This document shows, one piece after another, positions 29,787-40,261 of a stretch of 64,000 nucleotides of DNA. Positions within the stretch are counted from its first letter, which is position 1. Each line of letters begins with the position of its first letter. The notes under the pieces were generated by a model. It was not told the origin of the DNA and ran no database searches. It saw nothing but the letters and a program-made list of their open reading frames with translations. Made by a program: the position numbers and the translations under genes. Source of the DNA: Escherichia coli (GTDB taxonomy: Bacteria > Pseudomonadota > Gammaproteobacteria > Enterobacterales > Enterobacteriaceae); the NCBI RefSeq assembly GCF_024700885.2, contig NZ_CP117016.1. The stretch is one strand, 5' to 3'.

Positions 29787-31976
29787 ATGAGTACCACAAC
29801 ACGTAAATTTAAAACCGTTATCACCGATACGGGTGCCAAAAAATTAGCTCAGGCAGCCGCGCCAGATGGTAAGCTTGTCCGCCTGACTCATATGGCCGTG
29901 GGCGACGGTGGCGGTACATTGCCCACACCAGACAGTAAGCAGACCCGTCTGGTGCATGAGGTGTGGCGACATACTGTTAATCGCGTCTTCCTGGACGCAA
30001 CACATCAGAACCGCATTATTGCGGAGCTGGTTATTCCTCCTGAAACGGGCGGATTCTGGATCCGGGAAATTGGTGTATTTGATGAGCACGGCGATTTGAT
30101 CGCGGTTGGCAATACAGCCGAAAGTTACAAGCCAACCGTTGCCGAAGGGTCAGGACGTGCACAAACATTTCGCACCATTCTGACCGTCTCCAGCACTGCC
30201 ACTGTGGCGCTTACCGTGGATAACACCATGGTTATGGCCACAGTGGATTACGTGAATGACAAACTGAAAGAACATGAACAGTCACGACGTCACCCGGACG
30301 CCTCGCTGACCGCAAAAGGCTTTGTTCAACTCAGTAGCGCCACCAACAGCACGTCTGAAGCACTGGCCGCAACGCCGAAAGCGGTCAAGGCAGCCTATGA
30401 CCTTGCTAACGGGAAATATACCGCACAGGACGCCACTATAGCGCGAAAAGGCCTTGTTCAGCTCAGTAGCGCCACCAACAGCGATTCTGAAACGCTGGCG
30501 GCAACACCAAAGGCGGTAAAGGCAGCATATGACCTTGCTAACGGGAAATATACCGCACAGGACGCTACCACAGCGCGAAAAGGTCTTGTCCAGCTCAGTA
30601 GTGCGACCAACAGCACATCCGAAATGCTGGCGGCAACACCAAAGGCGGTAAAGGCAGCATATGACCTTGCTAACGGGAAATATACCGCACAGGACGCTAC
30701 GACAGCACAAAAAGGAATTGTCCAGCTCAGTAGTGCAACCAACAGCGCATCTGAAACGCTTGCTGCGACATCGAAAGCAGTGAAAGCAGCTAATGACAAT
30801 GCGAATGGTCGGGTACCTTCTGCCCGTAAGGTGAATGGTAAGGCGCTTTCAGCGGATATAACACTGACACCGAAAGATATTGGTACGCTTAACTCAACAA
30901 CTATGTCATTCAGCGGTGGTGCTGGTTGGTTCAAATTAGCAACGGTAACCATGCCGCAGGCGAGTTCTGTTGTTTCAATTACGTTGATTGGTGGGGCTGG
31001 ATATAACGTCGGTTCACCTCAACAGGCAGGTATATCTGAACTTGTTTTGCGTGCAGGTAATGGTAATCCGAAGGGGATTACTGGTGCTTTATGGCAGCGC
31101 ACATCGGCAGGGTTTACAAATTTTGCCTGGGTCAATACATCTGGTGATACTTACGATATTTACGTTGCAATCGGAAATTATGCGACTGGTGTAAATATTC
31201 AATGGGATTATACCAGTAATGCCAGCGTAACGATTCATACGTCACCTGCATATTCTGCTAATAAGCCGGAAGGGTTAACGGACGGTACAGTTTATTCACT
31301 CTATACGCCATCAGAGCAGTTTTATCCGCCTGGCGCACCAATCCCGTGGCCATCGGATACCGTTCCGTCTGGTTATGCCCTGATGCAGGGGCAGACTTTT
31401 GACAAATCTGCCTACCCGAAACTTGCAGTCGCTTATCCGTCAGGCGTGATCCCTGATATGCGTGGCTGGACGATTAAGGGCAAGCCCGCCAGTGGTCGTG
31501 CCGTATTGTCTCAGGAACAGGACGGCATTAAATCGCACACCCACAGCGCCAGCGCATCCAGTACGGATTTGGGTACGAAAACCACATCTTCGTTTGATTA
31601 CGGCACTAAATCAACGAATAACACGGGTGCACATACCCACAATGTATCTGGTACTGCAAATAGTGCTGGCGCACATACTCATACCGTTCCATTAAGGAGA
31701 CCAAACAGTGGAGGTATGAATTTCGACTGGCTTGATGGTGCATCAAGTGGCACGGTGGTGGGGAATGGAACTGTGCCTTCTTCTGGCGCACATACCCACT
31801 CAGTATCAGGTACCGCTACAAGTGCTGGGGCACATGCACACACTGTTGGTATTGGCGCTCATACGCACTCTGTTGCGATTGGTTCACATGGACACACCAT
31901 CACCGTTAACGCTGCTGGTAACGCGGAAAACACCGTTAAAAACATCGCATTTAATTATATTGTGAGGCTTGCATAA
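29787..31976 (+). CDS. H: Tail fibre protein (P2 gpH-like) with internal tandem repeats and His-rich C-terminal domain
   Basis: 729 aa; four 44-aa repeats ([15 protein letters not shown]...[15 protein letters not shown]) and C-terminal GAHTH(S/T)V repeats. Confidence 0.85.
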   Translation: MSTTTRKFKTVITDTGAKKLAQAAAPDGKLVRLTHMAVGDGGGTLPTPDSKQTRLVHEVWRHTVNRVFLDATHQNRIIAELVIPPETGGFWIREIGVFDEHGDLIAVGNTAESYKPTVAEGSGRAQTFRTILTVSSTATVALTVDNTMVMATVDYVNDKLKEHEQSRRHPDASLTAKGFVQLSSATNSTSEALAATPKAVKAAYDLANGKYTAQDATIARKGLVQLSSATNSDSETLAATPKAVKAAYDLANGKYTAQDATTARKGLVQLSSATNSTSEMLAATPKAVKAAYDLANGKYTAQDATTAQKGIVQLSSATNSASETLAATSKAVKAANDNANGRVPSARKVNGKALSADITLTPKDIGTLNSTTMSFSGGAGWFKLATVTMPQASSVVSITLIGGAGYNVGSPQQAGISELVLRAGNGNPKGITGALWQRTSAGFTNFAWVNTSGDTYDIYVAIGNYATGVNIQWDYTSNASVTIHTSPAYSANKPEGLTDGTVYSLYTPSEQFYPPGAPIPWPSDTVPSGYALMQGQTFDKSAYPKLAVAYPSGVIPDMRGWTIKGKPASGRAVLSQEQDGIKSHTHSASASSTDLGTKTTSSFDYGTKSTNNTGAHTHNVSGTANSAGAHTHTVPLRRPNSGGMNFDWLDGASSGTVVGNGTVPSSGAHTHSVSGTATSAGAHAHTVGIGAHTHSVAIGSHGHTITVNAAGNAENTVKNIAFNYIVRLA
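30315..30800 (+). repeat. Four tandem 132-bp repeats within tail fibre gene H
   Basis: Units begin at 30315, 30447, 30579 and 30711; the fourth diverges in its second half. Confidence 0.8.
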
Positions 31977-32593
31977 TGGCATTCAGAATGAGTGAACAAT
32001 CACGTACTGTAAAAATTTATAACCTGCTGGCCGGAACTAATGAGTTTATTGGTGAAGGTGACGCATATATTCCACCTCATACAGGGCTGCCAGCTAATTC
32101 TACAGATATCGCCCCACCGGAAATTCCTGCTGGCTTTGTGGCAGTTTTTAACAGTGAAAATGAATCGTGGAATATTGTTGAAGACCATCGTGGTAAAACG
32201 GTCTATGACGTGGCATCGGGGGACGCGTTGTTTATTTCTGAGCCCGGACCGCTACCAGAGAATGTCACCTGGTTGTCGCCAGCAGGGGAGTATCAGAAGT
32301 GGGACGGCGTATCCTGGGTGAAGGATGAGGAAGCAGAAAAACTGTTTCGGATACGGGAAGCGGAAGAGAAAAAGGCAAGGTTGATCCAGGAAGCAACAGA
32401 TAACATCGCAATTCTGCAGGATGCAGTTAATCTTGAAATAGCAACAAACGAGGAAAATTCACAACTGGATTCCTGGAGAAAATACAGAGTATTAGTGAGT
32501 AGAATTGACACCAGTACAGCTCCGGATATCGTATGGCCAGAGCTGATGAATCAGGGTTATGTGCGGGAGGACGAGCAGATAACTTCAGACTGA
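31976..32593 (+). CDS. G: Tail fibre assembly chaperone (P2 gpG-like)
   Basis: 205-aa ORF starting on the H stop (TAATG). Confidence 0.8.
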   Translation: MAFRMSEQSRTVKIYNLLAGTNEFIGEGDAYIPPHTGLPANSTDIAPPEIPAGFVAVFNSENESWNIVEDHRGKTVYDVASGDALFISEPGPLPENVTWLSPAGEYQKWDGVSWVKDEEAEKLFRIREAEEKKARLIQEATDNIAILQDAVNLEIATNEENSQLDSWRKYRVLVSRIDTSTAPDIVWPELMNQGYVREDEQITSD

Positions 32594-33120
32594 AATTTAG
32601 TGATGAATGTTGAATCATCAGGAATATCATGCAATACCAATGCATGAGCACCTATTGTGACATTGTTTCCTATACGCACTTTGCCACCAAGAATGGTGGC
32701 ATTACAACCAATGGTCACATTATGTCCTATAACAATATCCATATCATTAAAATCACCACGCAGCCCAATAGTTACCCCTGGTTTTATTGAACAATTTTCA
32801 CCGATTGTTACTTTGTGACCGATAACAACACTGTTGAGATAAGAAATATCAAAGCCTTTCCCTATATTTACAGTTAAAGGGACTGTTACATTATATTTAT
32901 CAAGAATGAAACGTTCTATTTTCCCCGCAATCTTCCGACAGTATCCGCCTTTATCAAAAAGGTACTTGGCTATGCGCCACCAAAATAAATAACGAACTCT
33001 TCTATGTTTTATTGCGCGAACAATTGCCTTTCGCCAGGAGAAAGGACGCTCGCTACCGATTACTTCATAGTGAATACAATCTTTAAGTTCATTAATATTC
33101 ATATCTCTATTATTCAGCAT
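32557..33120 (-). CDS. Low-GC cargo: hexapeptide-repeat (left-handed beta-helix) acetyltransferase
   Basis: 187 aa with repeated [LIV]GxxxxIG hexapeptides; about 30% GC; between G and the tail module. Confidence 0.7.
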   Translation of the reverse strand: MLNNRDMNINELKDCIHYEVIGSERPFSWRKAIVRAIKHRRVRYLFWWRIAKYLFDKGGYCRKIAGKIERFILDKYNVTVPLTVNIGKGFDISYLNSVVIGHKVTIGENCSIKPGVTIGLRGDFNDMDIVIGHNVTIGCNATILGGKVRIGNNVTIGAHALVLHDIPDDSTFITKFQSEVICSSSRT

Positions 33121-33290
33121 AAGATAATCATGTGACCAATTATTGTAATAATTTTAATGGTATGTTTCTACTGGCTATCCAGCGCGCCTGATGTCCAGTA
33201 ACAAATCGTTAACACTAGTGCAATCAAATGGTGAGTGTTAAGACTGGCCACTTATTACCAGGTATGAGGGTATGAGTGGCCAGCATTAAA

Positions 33291-33785
33291 TCAGAACAGC
33301 CCTTTAACTGAACTGGCCGCGCTGTTAAGGGATGATGTCACTTTATCTTTGAAGCCGGACAGCATATCGCTGAACGATGAGGATTGCAGGCGCTCCCGCA
33401 AATCCTCATCACAGCGTTCAAGGGTCAGTGAAAATTCTATCTTTTTCGCCTTACCGTAGCGATCAAACTCGGAACGGGTCGTATTCGTTTCGGTCAGGAC
33501 ATACATGCCGTAAATCTGCCCGACGCCATCAATCAGAGGCCAGGGGCGTCCTGTATACGCCTGCGTGGTCAGCAGCGACAGCGACACTTCGCCACCTGTA
33601 ATTTCAGGATAAAGCACACCAGAAAGAACGATGCGATCATCACCTGCACCGATATACTGCCAGCTTGCTGAACGGTTAACGCGTTCATTTTTCACATGCC
33701 GCCAGCTTTTGTTTTGCTGTAACTGCTGATGCGGCAGCGTGCGCAGCTCAAAAACAAACATGCCGTAGATCATCATCATGGCCAT
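33291..33785 (-). CDS. U: Tail protein (P2 gpU-like)
   Basis: 164-aa ORF downstream of tape measure on the same strand. Confidence 0.7.
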   Translation of the reverse strand: MAMMMIYGMFVFELRTLPHQQLQQNKSWRHVKNERVNRSASWQYIGAGDDRIVLSGVLYPEITGGEVSLSLLTTQAYTGRPWPLIDGVGQIYGMYVLTETNTTRSEFDRYGKAKKIEFSLTLERCDEDLRERLQSSSFSDMLSGFKDKVTSSLNSAASSVKGLF

Positions 33786-33791
33786 GACTCC

Positions 33792-36608
33792 TCAATCTTT
33801 ATCGTAAAAACTGCCACGCCCGGCACGGGCGCGCCGTTCCATTTCTGCCCTGACCATTTCACCGACCAGTTTCGCCAGTTCGCGGGGATTCTGCGTAACA
33901 ACGTTATGCAGATGAACATGAATTTCACCACCAAATCCGGAGGCAACAGGCTCCCGGTTACGGAAAGTTACAGGAACTGATGCCACTGGAGATCGTATGG
34001 CCTCCGCCACCGGGCGGGAGCTGGCCGCAACAACAGGGACCAGCGCCGGAGGCAGCGGAGCCGGGACCACGGGTGTGATATTAATTGCGGGGGCAGGCTT
34101 ACTGACCTGCGCAATCTTCCGCTCCTGCCACTCCCCACGAACAGCAAGTGCGCGGGGCAGGTTCTTAAAGACAATATCGCCGGGGCCAATGCGTTTTTTC
34201 GTCTCATCAACCAGCTTACCTGTGTTATCAGCAATTTTGCTGAGTCTGCGTAGCGTCCCGGTATTGCTGTCTGTGAGCGGTTTGTTGTCTTTGGGTTTAT
34301 CACCTCCGGTGCCATTGCCATTTTCCACAGGCTTCGGCGGATTGATTTTCGCCAGGTCACCCTGAAGCAAGGCAACCTTGTCCTGAAGAATGGCCGCACG
34401 CTGTGCGTCTTCGATTTTCTTGCGCGCCCTTTCCGCTTCATCCGGAAGGACGCCAAGTTTTTCAAGTATCCACGCCAGCGTATCCAGTAGCATTTTTGCA
34501 GGTGTCAGAACAAGCTGTAACGCACCGCCAAGAACGTTACCGAATATCTCGCCAGCACTGGTACATTTATCCAGCGTTTCCTTGCTGGACTCCATCGGTG
34601 ACAGCAGCGATTTAAACCAGTTAAACACCTGGCTGATCCCGCTTCCGATTGCGTCAAAAACAGGACCAAACCGTTCAAAGGTTTCGCGCAACGGGGTCAG
34701 CCTTTCCATAATCCCGCTGAACACCCCGGCAAAAAATGCCCTGATGGGATCCCAGTATTTCCAGATAAGAACGGCAGCTCCGGCAAGCGCAGCCACGATA
34801 AGACCAACCGGACTGAACAGCGCCCCGATAGCGCCTCCCAGTAAAGAAACGGAACCCGTCACCATTCCCCACAGCGCAGGCAACACCCTGACGACATTCA
34901 TTGACCGGGTAAGAATGTCGAAACCAAGACGCAGGGTGGCCAGCTTCCCGTAAAGCACCCCAATAACCAGCGACAACGAGCCAATCGTTGCAGTCATTGC
35001 CAGCAACGCACCGCCTGCTATCAGTAGTTGGCGCGTCAGTACCGGATGGGCCTGCGCCAGCGAGGTGATTTTTTCAAGCACCCGCGTGAGCCACTGCGTG
35101 ACAGAACGCAGCGGACCGTCAACCAGATCACTGATGCGAATACGAAGACCTTCCCATGCGCTGTCGAGATTTTTCAGGTCCCCATCAAGATTATCGGCCA
35201 TTACTTTTGCGACGCGATCGGCCTCTCCCCTTGCCCCCTGCAATTCTCTGGTCAGTTTTTGCAGCTCTCCTGAACCAGCCGCCGCAACAAGCGTCTGCAA
35301 ACCAACGAACGCCTCTTCTCCGGCGATGTCCTTGAAGAAGGAAACCTGGTCCACCTGTCCGTATTTTTGTGTCGCCTTATAGAGATCAAGCAGCACATCC
35401 TCCATCGGGCGCATTTTGCCTCTGGCGTCAGCAACTGACACCCCCAGCTCTTTCAGTGCATCAGCCGCAGCTTTTGGCGGTGATGCAAGGCGGGACAGAC
35501 TTGCGCGCATGGCCGTACCAGCATCGCTTCCGCGAAGACCATTATTGGCAAGCATCCCGGCCATGGCCGCCGCTTCTTCAAGACTGATACCAAGTTTTGC
35601 GGCAACCGGACCGGTATACTTCATGGTTTCGCCCAGCGCGCGTAAATCAGTATTGGTCCGGGTGAATGTTGCTGTCAGTGTATCGCCAACCCGGTCCATT
35701 TGATCGGCTGTCAGGTTGAACTGTGTGAGGATATTGGAGCCTATATCAGCCGTCTCGCCGAGTTCGACGCCACCTGCCAGCGCCATATTAAGAACACCGG
35801 GCAATGCGGCCTGAATGGCCTGCGGAGTAAAACCAGCCATTGCCAGAAAGCTCTGCCCACTGGCGGCATCACTCGCAGTAAACTGTGTTTCAGAGCCAAG
35901 TTTTAACGCCTGCTCACGCAGCGCCTTAAACTGCGGGCTGTTTTTGTCGATTCGCGTCAGTGCCTGAACGCGGGACATCTCTTTGCCGAACCCGATCGCA
36001 GGCTGCAAAAAACGCCCGGCAGCATAGCCGCCCGCCGCTGCCGCACCAATTGCCAGCGCACCACCTGTTTTCAGTTTTCCCGCTGTTTCCTGCGCGCGCG
36101 AATACCGCTCACGCGCCCGCGTTACACGCGCAAGCGCCTGCCGTTCGCGTTCAAGCTGGTTGTTGTACTGTTCGGTGCGTCTGATGGCCTGCTGGATGGT
36201 GTTATCGCTGCCTGTCAGGGAAATGCCGTGGCGTTTCAGCTCTCCGCCAAGTTCCCGCATTTTCTGAATTTCCCGTGTGCGCGATTCATTCAGGCGTTCA
36301 AGCCGGGTGCTTAACTGCTGCATCAGCTTTTGTTGTTTTTCGCTGAGCACTGTACCCGTGCGTTGTAACTGATTAAGGGCGTTAAGCTGGCGTCGTGCTT
36401 TCACGATGCCCGCATCCGCTTTACTGACAGCGTCACGGGCGCGCTCAAATGAACGCGCCTGACGCTCGAGATTTTTGATCGCCCCCTGCGTTCGCTGGAT
36501 GGAGTCACCAAACTGCCCCATCAGGCGGCGGGCGTTTTCGGCAGGCCGGGTCAGCCTGTCAACGGCGCTGAAAGCGACCCGGATATCAAGAGTCTTCATT
36601 GTCTGCAT
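33792..36608 (-). CDS. T: Tail tape measure protein (P2 gpT-like)
   Basis: About 940 aa, long coiled-coil N-terminal half, Gly/Ala-rich membrane-like segments; start could be 36608, 36599 or GTG 36635. Confidence 0.8.
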   Translation of the reverse strand: MQTMKTLDIRVAFSAVDRLTRPAENARRLMGQFGDSIQRTQGAIKNLERQARSFERARDAVSKADAGIVKARRQLNALNQLQRTGTVLSEKQQKLMQQLSTRLERLNESRTREIQKMRELGGELKRHGISLTGSDNTIQQAIRRTEQYNNQLERERQALARVTRARERYSRAQETAGKLKTGGALAIGAAAAGGYAAGRFLQPAIGFGKEMSRVQALTRIDKNSPQFKALREQALKLGSETQFTASDAASGQSFLAMAGFTPQAIQAALPGVLNMALAGGVELGETADIGSNILTQFNLTADQMDRVGDTLTATFTRTNTDLRALGETMKYTGPVAAKLGISLEEAAAMAGMLANNGLRGSDAGTAMRASLSRLASPPKAAADALKELGVSVADARGKMRPMEDVLLDLYKATQKYGQVDQVSFFKDIAGEEAFVGLQTLVAAAGSGELQKLTRELQGARGEADRVAKVMADNLDGDLKNLDSAWEGLRIRISDLVDGPLRSVTQWLTRVLEKITSLAQAHPVLTRQLLIAGGALLAMTATIGSLSLVIGVLYGKLATLRLGFDILTRSMNVVRVLPALWGMVTGSVSLLGGAIGALFSPVGLIVAALAGAAVLIWKYWDPIRAFFAGVFSGIMERLTPLRETFERFGPVFDAIGSGISQVFNWFKSLLSPMESSKETLDKCTSAGEIFGNVLGGALQLVLTPAKMLLDTLAWILEKLGVLPDEAERARKKIEDAQRAAILQDKVALLQGDLAKINPPKPVENGNGTGGDKPKDNKPLTDSNTGTLRRLSKIADNTGKLVDETKKRIGPGDIVFKNLPRALAVRGEWQERKIAQVSKPAPAINITPVVPAPLPPALVPVVAASSRPVAEAIRSPVASVPVTFRNREPVASGFGGEIHVHLHNVVTQNPRELAKLVGEMVRAEMERRARAGRGSFYDKD

Positions 36609-37124
36609 TCCCGCTGCGAAGTGCCGCCCGCTCACGCCAGCTAACCACTTCGCCGGGCGTCATCATGAAGATTTCGGCGGGCGACCAGTTAAAAATGGCG
36701 GCGATATCTGCCACCAGATCTTCGATGTGCTCAAAGCACACCAGCGTGATTACGCTGCCGTCTCCTGCACGCTCTTCGCGCCAGAGTCTGGCTCGCTCAT
36801 AAAATTTACAGCCACAGCGCACAACTGAATAAAATCGCGTGACGACATTTTTTTAATCATCACTTCATCCAGTCGTGGCGAGGTCACGCGAGGCAACAGC
36901 GTGAACATGGTATCCGCTTTCAGATTCAGCACATCAGACAGCGACAGACCACGCAGGGATCCAGCCTGTTCAATAGCCCCGGTGATCTCCACATACGTGA
37001 TTTTTTCGCCACCACGCTCAATTGGTCGGGTCAGTTTTACGCCACGTTCGACAGCCATATCCTCACCTGCCGTCACATCATCCACCACGGTGTTATTCCG
37101 GGTTTCAGTATCGATGTCTTTCAT
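36586..37124 (-). CDS. Tail assembly chaperone E+E' fusion by programmed -1 ribosomal frameshift
   Basis: Slippery heptamer A_AAT_TTT on the minus strand (36807-36801) in E frame; -1 frame continues ...KFYERARLW... to a stop at 36586. Confidence 0.6.
36750..37124 (-). CDS. E: Tail assembly chaperone (P2 gpE-like)
   Basis: 124-aa ORF between tail tube and tape measure. Confidence 0.7.
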   Translation of the reverse strand: MKDIDTETRNNTVVDDVTAGEDMAVERGVKLTRPIERGGEKITYVEITGAIEQAGSLRGLSLSDVLNLKADTMFTLLPRVTSPRLDEVMIKKMSSRDFIQLCAVAVNFMSEPDSGAKSVQETAA

Positions 37125-37179
37125 CAGTTTTCTCCTTTTCAGTCAGAGGCGACGCACTGCGTCGCCTGCATATTACTTA

Positions 37180-37692
37180 TCAGCCAAGCCCGAGCGCGGA
37201 ACGGATACGGTCAGGCAAAATGTCCTTGCCGTCCTTCCGGTAGATGTGGTTCAACAGGTCGATTTCCCACAGCGGGCGATCGTTAACGCTCAGCTTGTAG
37301 TAGGTGTTTTTGACAGCGTAAGTGTGTGATGTGGCTTCGCCCTGTTTGGCTTCCCCCATATCAATTTCCGTCACACGTCCGCGCATCTCGATTTCATACA
37401 GATCGCTTTCTGCATCGGTGTAGTATTCACCCGCAAAACGCAGCAGCGTGCCGTCAATCGTGCCGCCATATTTAAGGAACAGCGCACGAACAGCTCCCCC
37501 CATAACAAAACTCGCATCAAGCGCGGAGTCGTCCAGACCGAGATCAATACTTACCGCCCCCATCATGCCACCACCACGATAGCTGTCGGTTTTGCGCGTC
37601 AGTTTGGGCGGCGTGACGGATGTCACTTTACCCACTTCGTTTTCACCATCCACAAACAACGTAAAAAAGCGAAGATGTTTTGGTACAGCCAT
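37180..37692 (-). CDS. FII: Tail tube protein (P2 gpFII-like)
   Basis: 170-aa ORF directly downstream of sheath gene. Confidence 0.8.
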   Translation of the reverse strand: MAVPKHLRFFTLFVDGENEVGKVTSVTPPKLTRKTDSYRGGGMMGAVSIDLGLDDSALDASFVMGGAVRALFLKYGGTIDGTLLRFAGEYYTDAESDLYEIEMRGRVTEIDMGEAKQGEATSHTYAVKNTYYKLSVNDRPLWEIDLLNHIYRKDGKDILPDRIRSALGLG

Positions 37693-38876
37693 CAGGCACC
37701 TCCCAGCACCGCAAATGCGGGACCAAAGAATTCATCAGTAAACGTCTGGTAAAGCTCCATGTCTTCCAGTGGCGGAACGGGCGTATATTTGTAGCGAATA
37801 CGCACACGTCCCTGACGTAAATTCGTGGTGCCGTTATCCACCACGTCATACCAGCACTCCGCGCCAATCAGTTTCCCGGCAGTAACCAGCGAATCCAGTT
37901 TTGCCCTGATGGCACTGATAACATCCTTCACGTTCGCAGGCGTCAGTGGACTGTCGATAGTTTCAAACTGCGCTTCCGCAATTGAATCAGCCAGCACCTG
38001 TGCGGTTCGGGTATACACCTCAAAGATGTAGGCGTTCGTTTCCGGTGTGCGGTTGCCCCAGAAGCGGAACCCATTGCGACGAATAATGGTCGTGATTTCT
38101 TTGTTGTTGAGGCTGTTGGCATCGCTGTCTTCGGCCTGCAACGACCAGAACACATGCCTCGACATCCCCAGCACATTTTTAACCGGAACGTTGGACAGTG
38201 ATTTGTGCCACCCCTGCTCATGGTCAATGTACGCACGAAGGCCGCACGCATAGGCAGGCGCGGGGAACGTTTCGTTTTTGCCACTTTTCGGGTTGTAGGC
38301 GATGAAGTCCGGCCATAAGAGCATCACCTCACGTTCGTTGAATTTCTGGCGGTAGGTAATCGCCTCAGCCATCGTGTTACAGCCGTGACATGAGGCATAC
38401 ACAAACGCGCGCAGTTTACCTGCAATCACGCACAGGGATTTTGTTACAGCCTCCGTGTCCAGCTCCGGCGCGGCCAGAATACGCGGACGGTATCCGATGC
38501 TTTCATCCTGCTCTGCAACAAGCAGCGCATACATCCCCGTATAGCTGCCGTCATCCTCAGAACCACCGATAACCAGTTGATCCTGCGTCTTTCCGTCTTC
38601 TTCTTTGTGTTCAGCCACGCGAACGACAATCACCTTTGTGCTCACCTGGTCTGCGATGGCCTTAAGCGCACGATAAAGCGTCCCCGTTGTCCCGCATTTT
38701 CCCAGCACGTCATTGACGCGGGTCAGCAGTGTGGGCTTGTTCAGCGGGAACAGCTTCGCGTCCGCATCATCCGCCGTTGCCACGATACCGATAACGCTGG
38801 AATCAACATCGTTAATCGCTGTTACCAGGTCGGTATTTTCCGTAACACGGGCACCATGAAAACGAGTTTCACTCAT
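37692..38876 (-). CDS. FI: Contractile tail sheath protein (P2 gpFI-like)
   Basis: 394 aa; LIRR(N/D)GFRFWGNRT and YTPVPPLE blocks match remembered P2 FI. Confidence 0.85.
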   Translation of the reverse strand: MSETRFHGARVTENTDLVTAINDVDSSVIGIVATADDADAKLFPLNKPTLLTRVNDVLGKCGTTGTLYRALKAIADQVSTKVIVVRVAEHKEEDGKTQDQLVIGGSEDDGSYTGMYALLVAEQDESIGYRPRILAAPELDTEAVTKSLCVIAGKLRAFVYASCHGCNTMAEAITYRQKFNEREVMLLWPDFIAYNPKSGKNETFPAPAYACGLRAYIDHEQGWHKSLSNVPVKNVLGMSRHVFWSLQAEDSDANSLNNKEITTIIRRNGFRFWGNRTPETNAYIFEVYTRTAQVLADSIAEAQFETIDSPLTPANVKDVISAIRAKLDSLVTAGKLIGAECWYDVVDNGTTNLRQGRVRIRYKYTPVPPLEDMELYQTFTDEFFGPAFAVLGGA

Positions 38877-39033
38877 AGCTTCAGCCCCTTGTATCCGTTA
38901 AATGATTCGGCAACAATCATCACCCACCACGCGCGTAATCTCACCCCTGCGCCGTTCTCCCACCACGGCGACAACAAAAAGCAGTAACCCCCTCCGCACG
39001 CACATGCGACCATGCCGCACAGGGAGGGAACAG

Positions 39034-40131
39034 ATGACCGACACCACCATGCAATTGCTCAGTCAGGGCACAGACCCCGTGAAAATGCCGGATTTTGATA
39101 TTCTCGCGGAGGGTAAAACGCTGTCAGGCGTGACAGAGCGCCTGATGAGCCTGTCACTGACCGACAACCGGGGATTTGAGGCGGACCAGCTCACCATCAC
39201 GCTGGATGATGCAGATGGTCAGTTGCAGCTACCGCCACGGGGCGCGCGCCTGACGGTTCTCATTGGCTGGAAAGGAGAACCGCTGACAGAAAAAGGCACT
39301 TACATTGTTGATGAAATCGCTCACGAAGGACCGCCGGACAGGCTGACTGTTTCAGCCAGAAGCGCAGATTTTCGGGATGAATTTAACGTTAAACGTGAGG
39401 TGTCCTGGCATGATGTGACCGTTGAGCGTGTGGTATCCGCCATCGCTCATCGGTACGGTCTGAAACCGCAAATCAGCGAAATGCTGATGGATATCGAAAT
39501 CGACCACGCCGACCAGACCGAAGAAAGCGACATGTCCTTTCTTACGCGCATGGCGGAAATGCTGGGCGCAATCACCACGGTAAAAAGCGGTAATCTGTTA
39601 TTCATTATGCCAGGCGGTGGCGTGAACGCACAGGGCCAGCCGTTGCCATCGTTCGCCATCACGCGCAGCAGTGGCGATCGCCATCAGTTCCGCATTGCTG
39701 ACCGCGAAGCGTATACGGGGGTACGCGCTTACTGGCTTGATCTTAATTACGGGAAAAAGAAAAAAGTCAGCGTGAAACGCCGTAAACCGAAAATGGAGAA
39801 AAGCAGTAGCCGTGAAGGCGACTATATGGAAGGTGCGGAAGGCAACGTGTTTGTGTTACGCAAGACTTATCAGAACGAACAGGCAGCAAGACGCGCTGCG
39901 GCGGCAAAGTGGCAGCAGCTACAACGCGGAGCCGCATCATTCTCCATCACACTGGCACGTGGACGCGCAGAACTCTACCCCGAAATGCATGGCACGGTAA
40001 CAGGATTTAAAAGCGAGATTGATAATCAGGACTGGATTATTGCAAAAGCCGAGCACACCATTGATAACAGCGGTTATACCACGCAGCTTGAACTTGAAAC
40101 AAAAATCCCTGAATGGATTGCGCAGACCTAA
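39034..40131 (+). CDS. D: Late control/tail protein D (P2 gpD-like)
   Basis: Start at MTDTTMQ with RBS agggaggg; the track ORF begins far upstream at a non-ATG. Confidence 0.75.
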   Translation: MTDTTMQLLSQGTDPVKMPDFDILAEGKTLSGVTERLMSLSLTDNRGFEADQLTITLDDADGQLQLPPRGARLTVLIGWKGEPLTEKGTYIVDEIAHEGPPDRLTVSARSADFRDEFNVKREVSWHDVTVERVVSAIAHRYGLKPQISEMLMDIEIDHADQTEESDMSFLTRMAEMLGAITTVKSGNLLFIMPGGGVNAQGQPLPSFAITRSSGDRHQFRIADREAYTGVRAYWLDLNYGKKKKVSVKRRKPKMEKSSSREGDYMEGAEGNVFVLRKTYQNEQAARRAAAAKWQQLQRGAASFSITLARGRAELYPEMHGTVTGFKSEIDNQDWIIAKAEHTIDNSGYTTQLELETKIPEWIAQT

Positions 40132-40146
40132 ATGGTGGGAAGATAC

Positions 40147-40185
40147 GGCACAGAGCCAACATAATATACCTGTTTGCTCTGTGCC
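40147..40185. other. Stem-loop (10-bp stem ggcacagagc/gctctgtgcc) between convergent D and the low-GC orphan
   Basis: Inverted repeat read from sequence; no clear U-tract, so terminator function is uncertain. Confidence 0.35.
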
Positions 40186-40261
40186 CGAAATAGGCATCAT
40201 AAACCTAACGATGAATTGATATGCAAGATTATAAAAAATCCGCTGACATTATTTCTCATCG

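Noticed and set aside
30282-30952. Two overlapping minus-strand ORFs (142 and 164 aa) with internally repeated peptides
   Set aside because: They are the antisense reading of the 132-bp tandem repeats in tail fibre gene H; the repetition is inherited from the sense strand
38877-39033. Looked for an Ogr-type late promoter element (TGT-N12-ACA) in the divergent FI/D intergenic region and upstream of O
   Set aside because: No convincing match found by eye; late promoters are probably present but I cannot place them without a matrix scan
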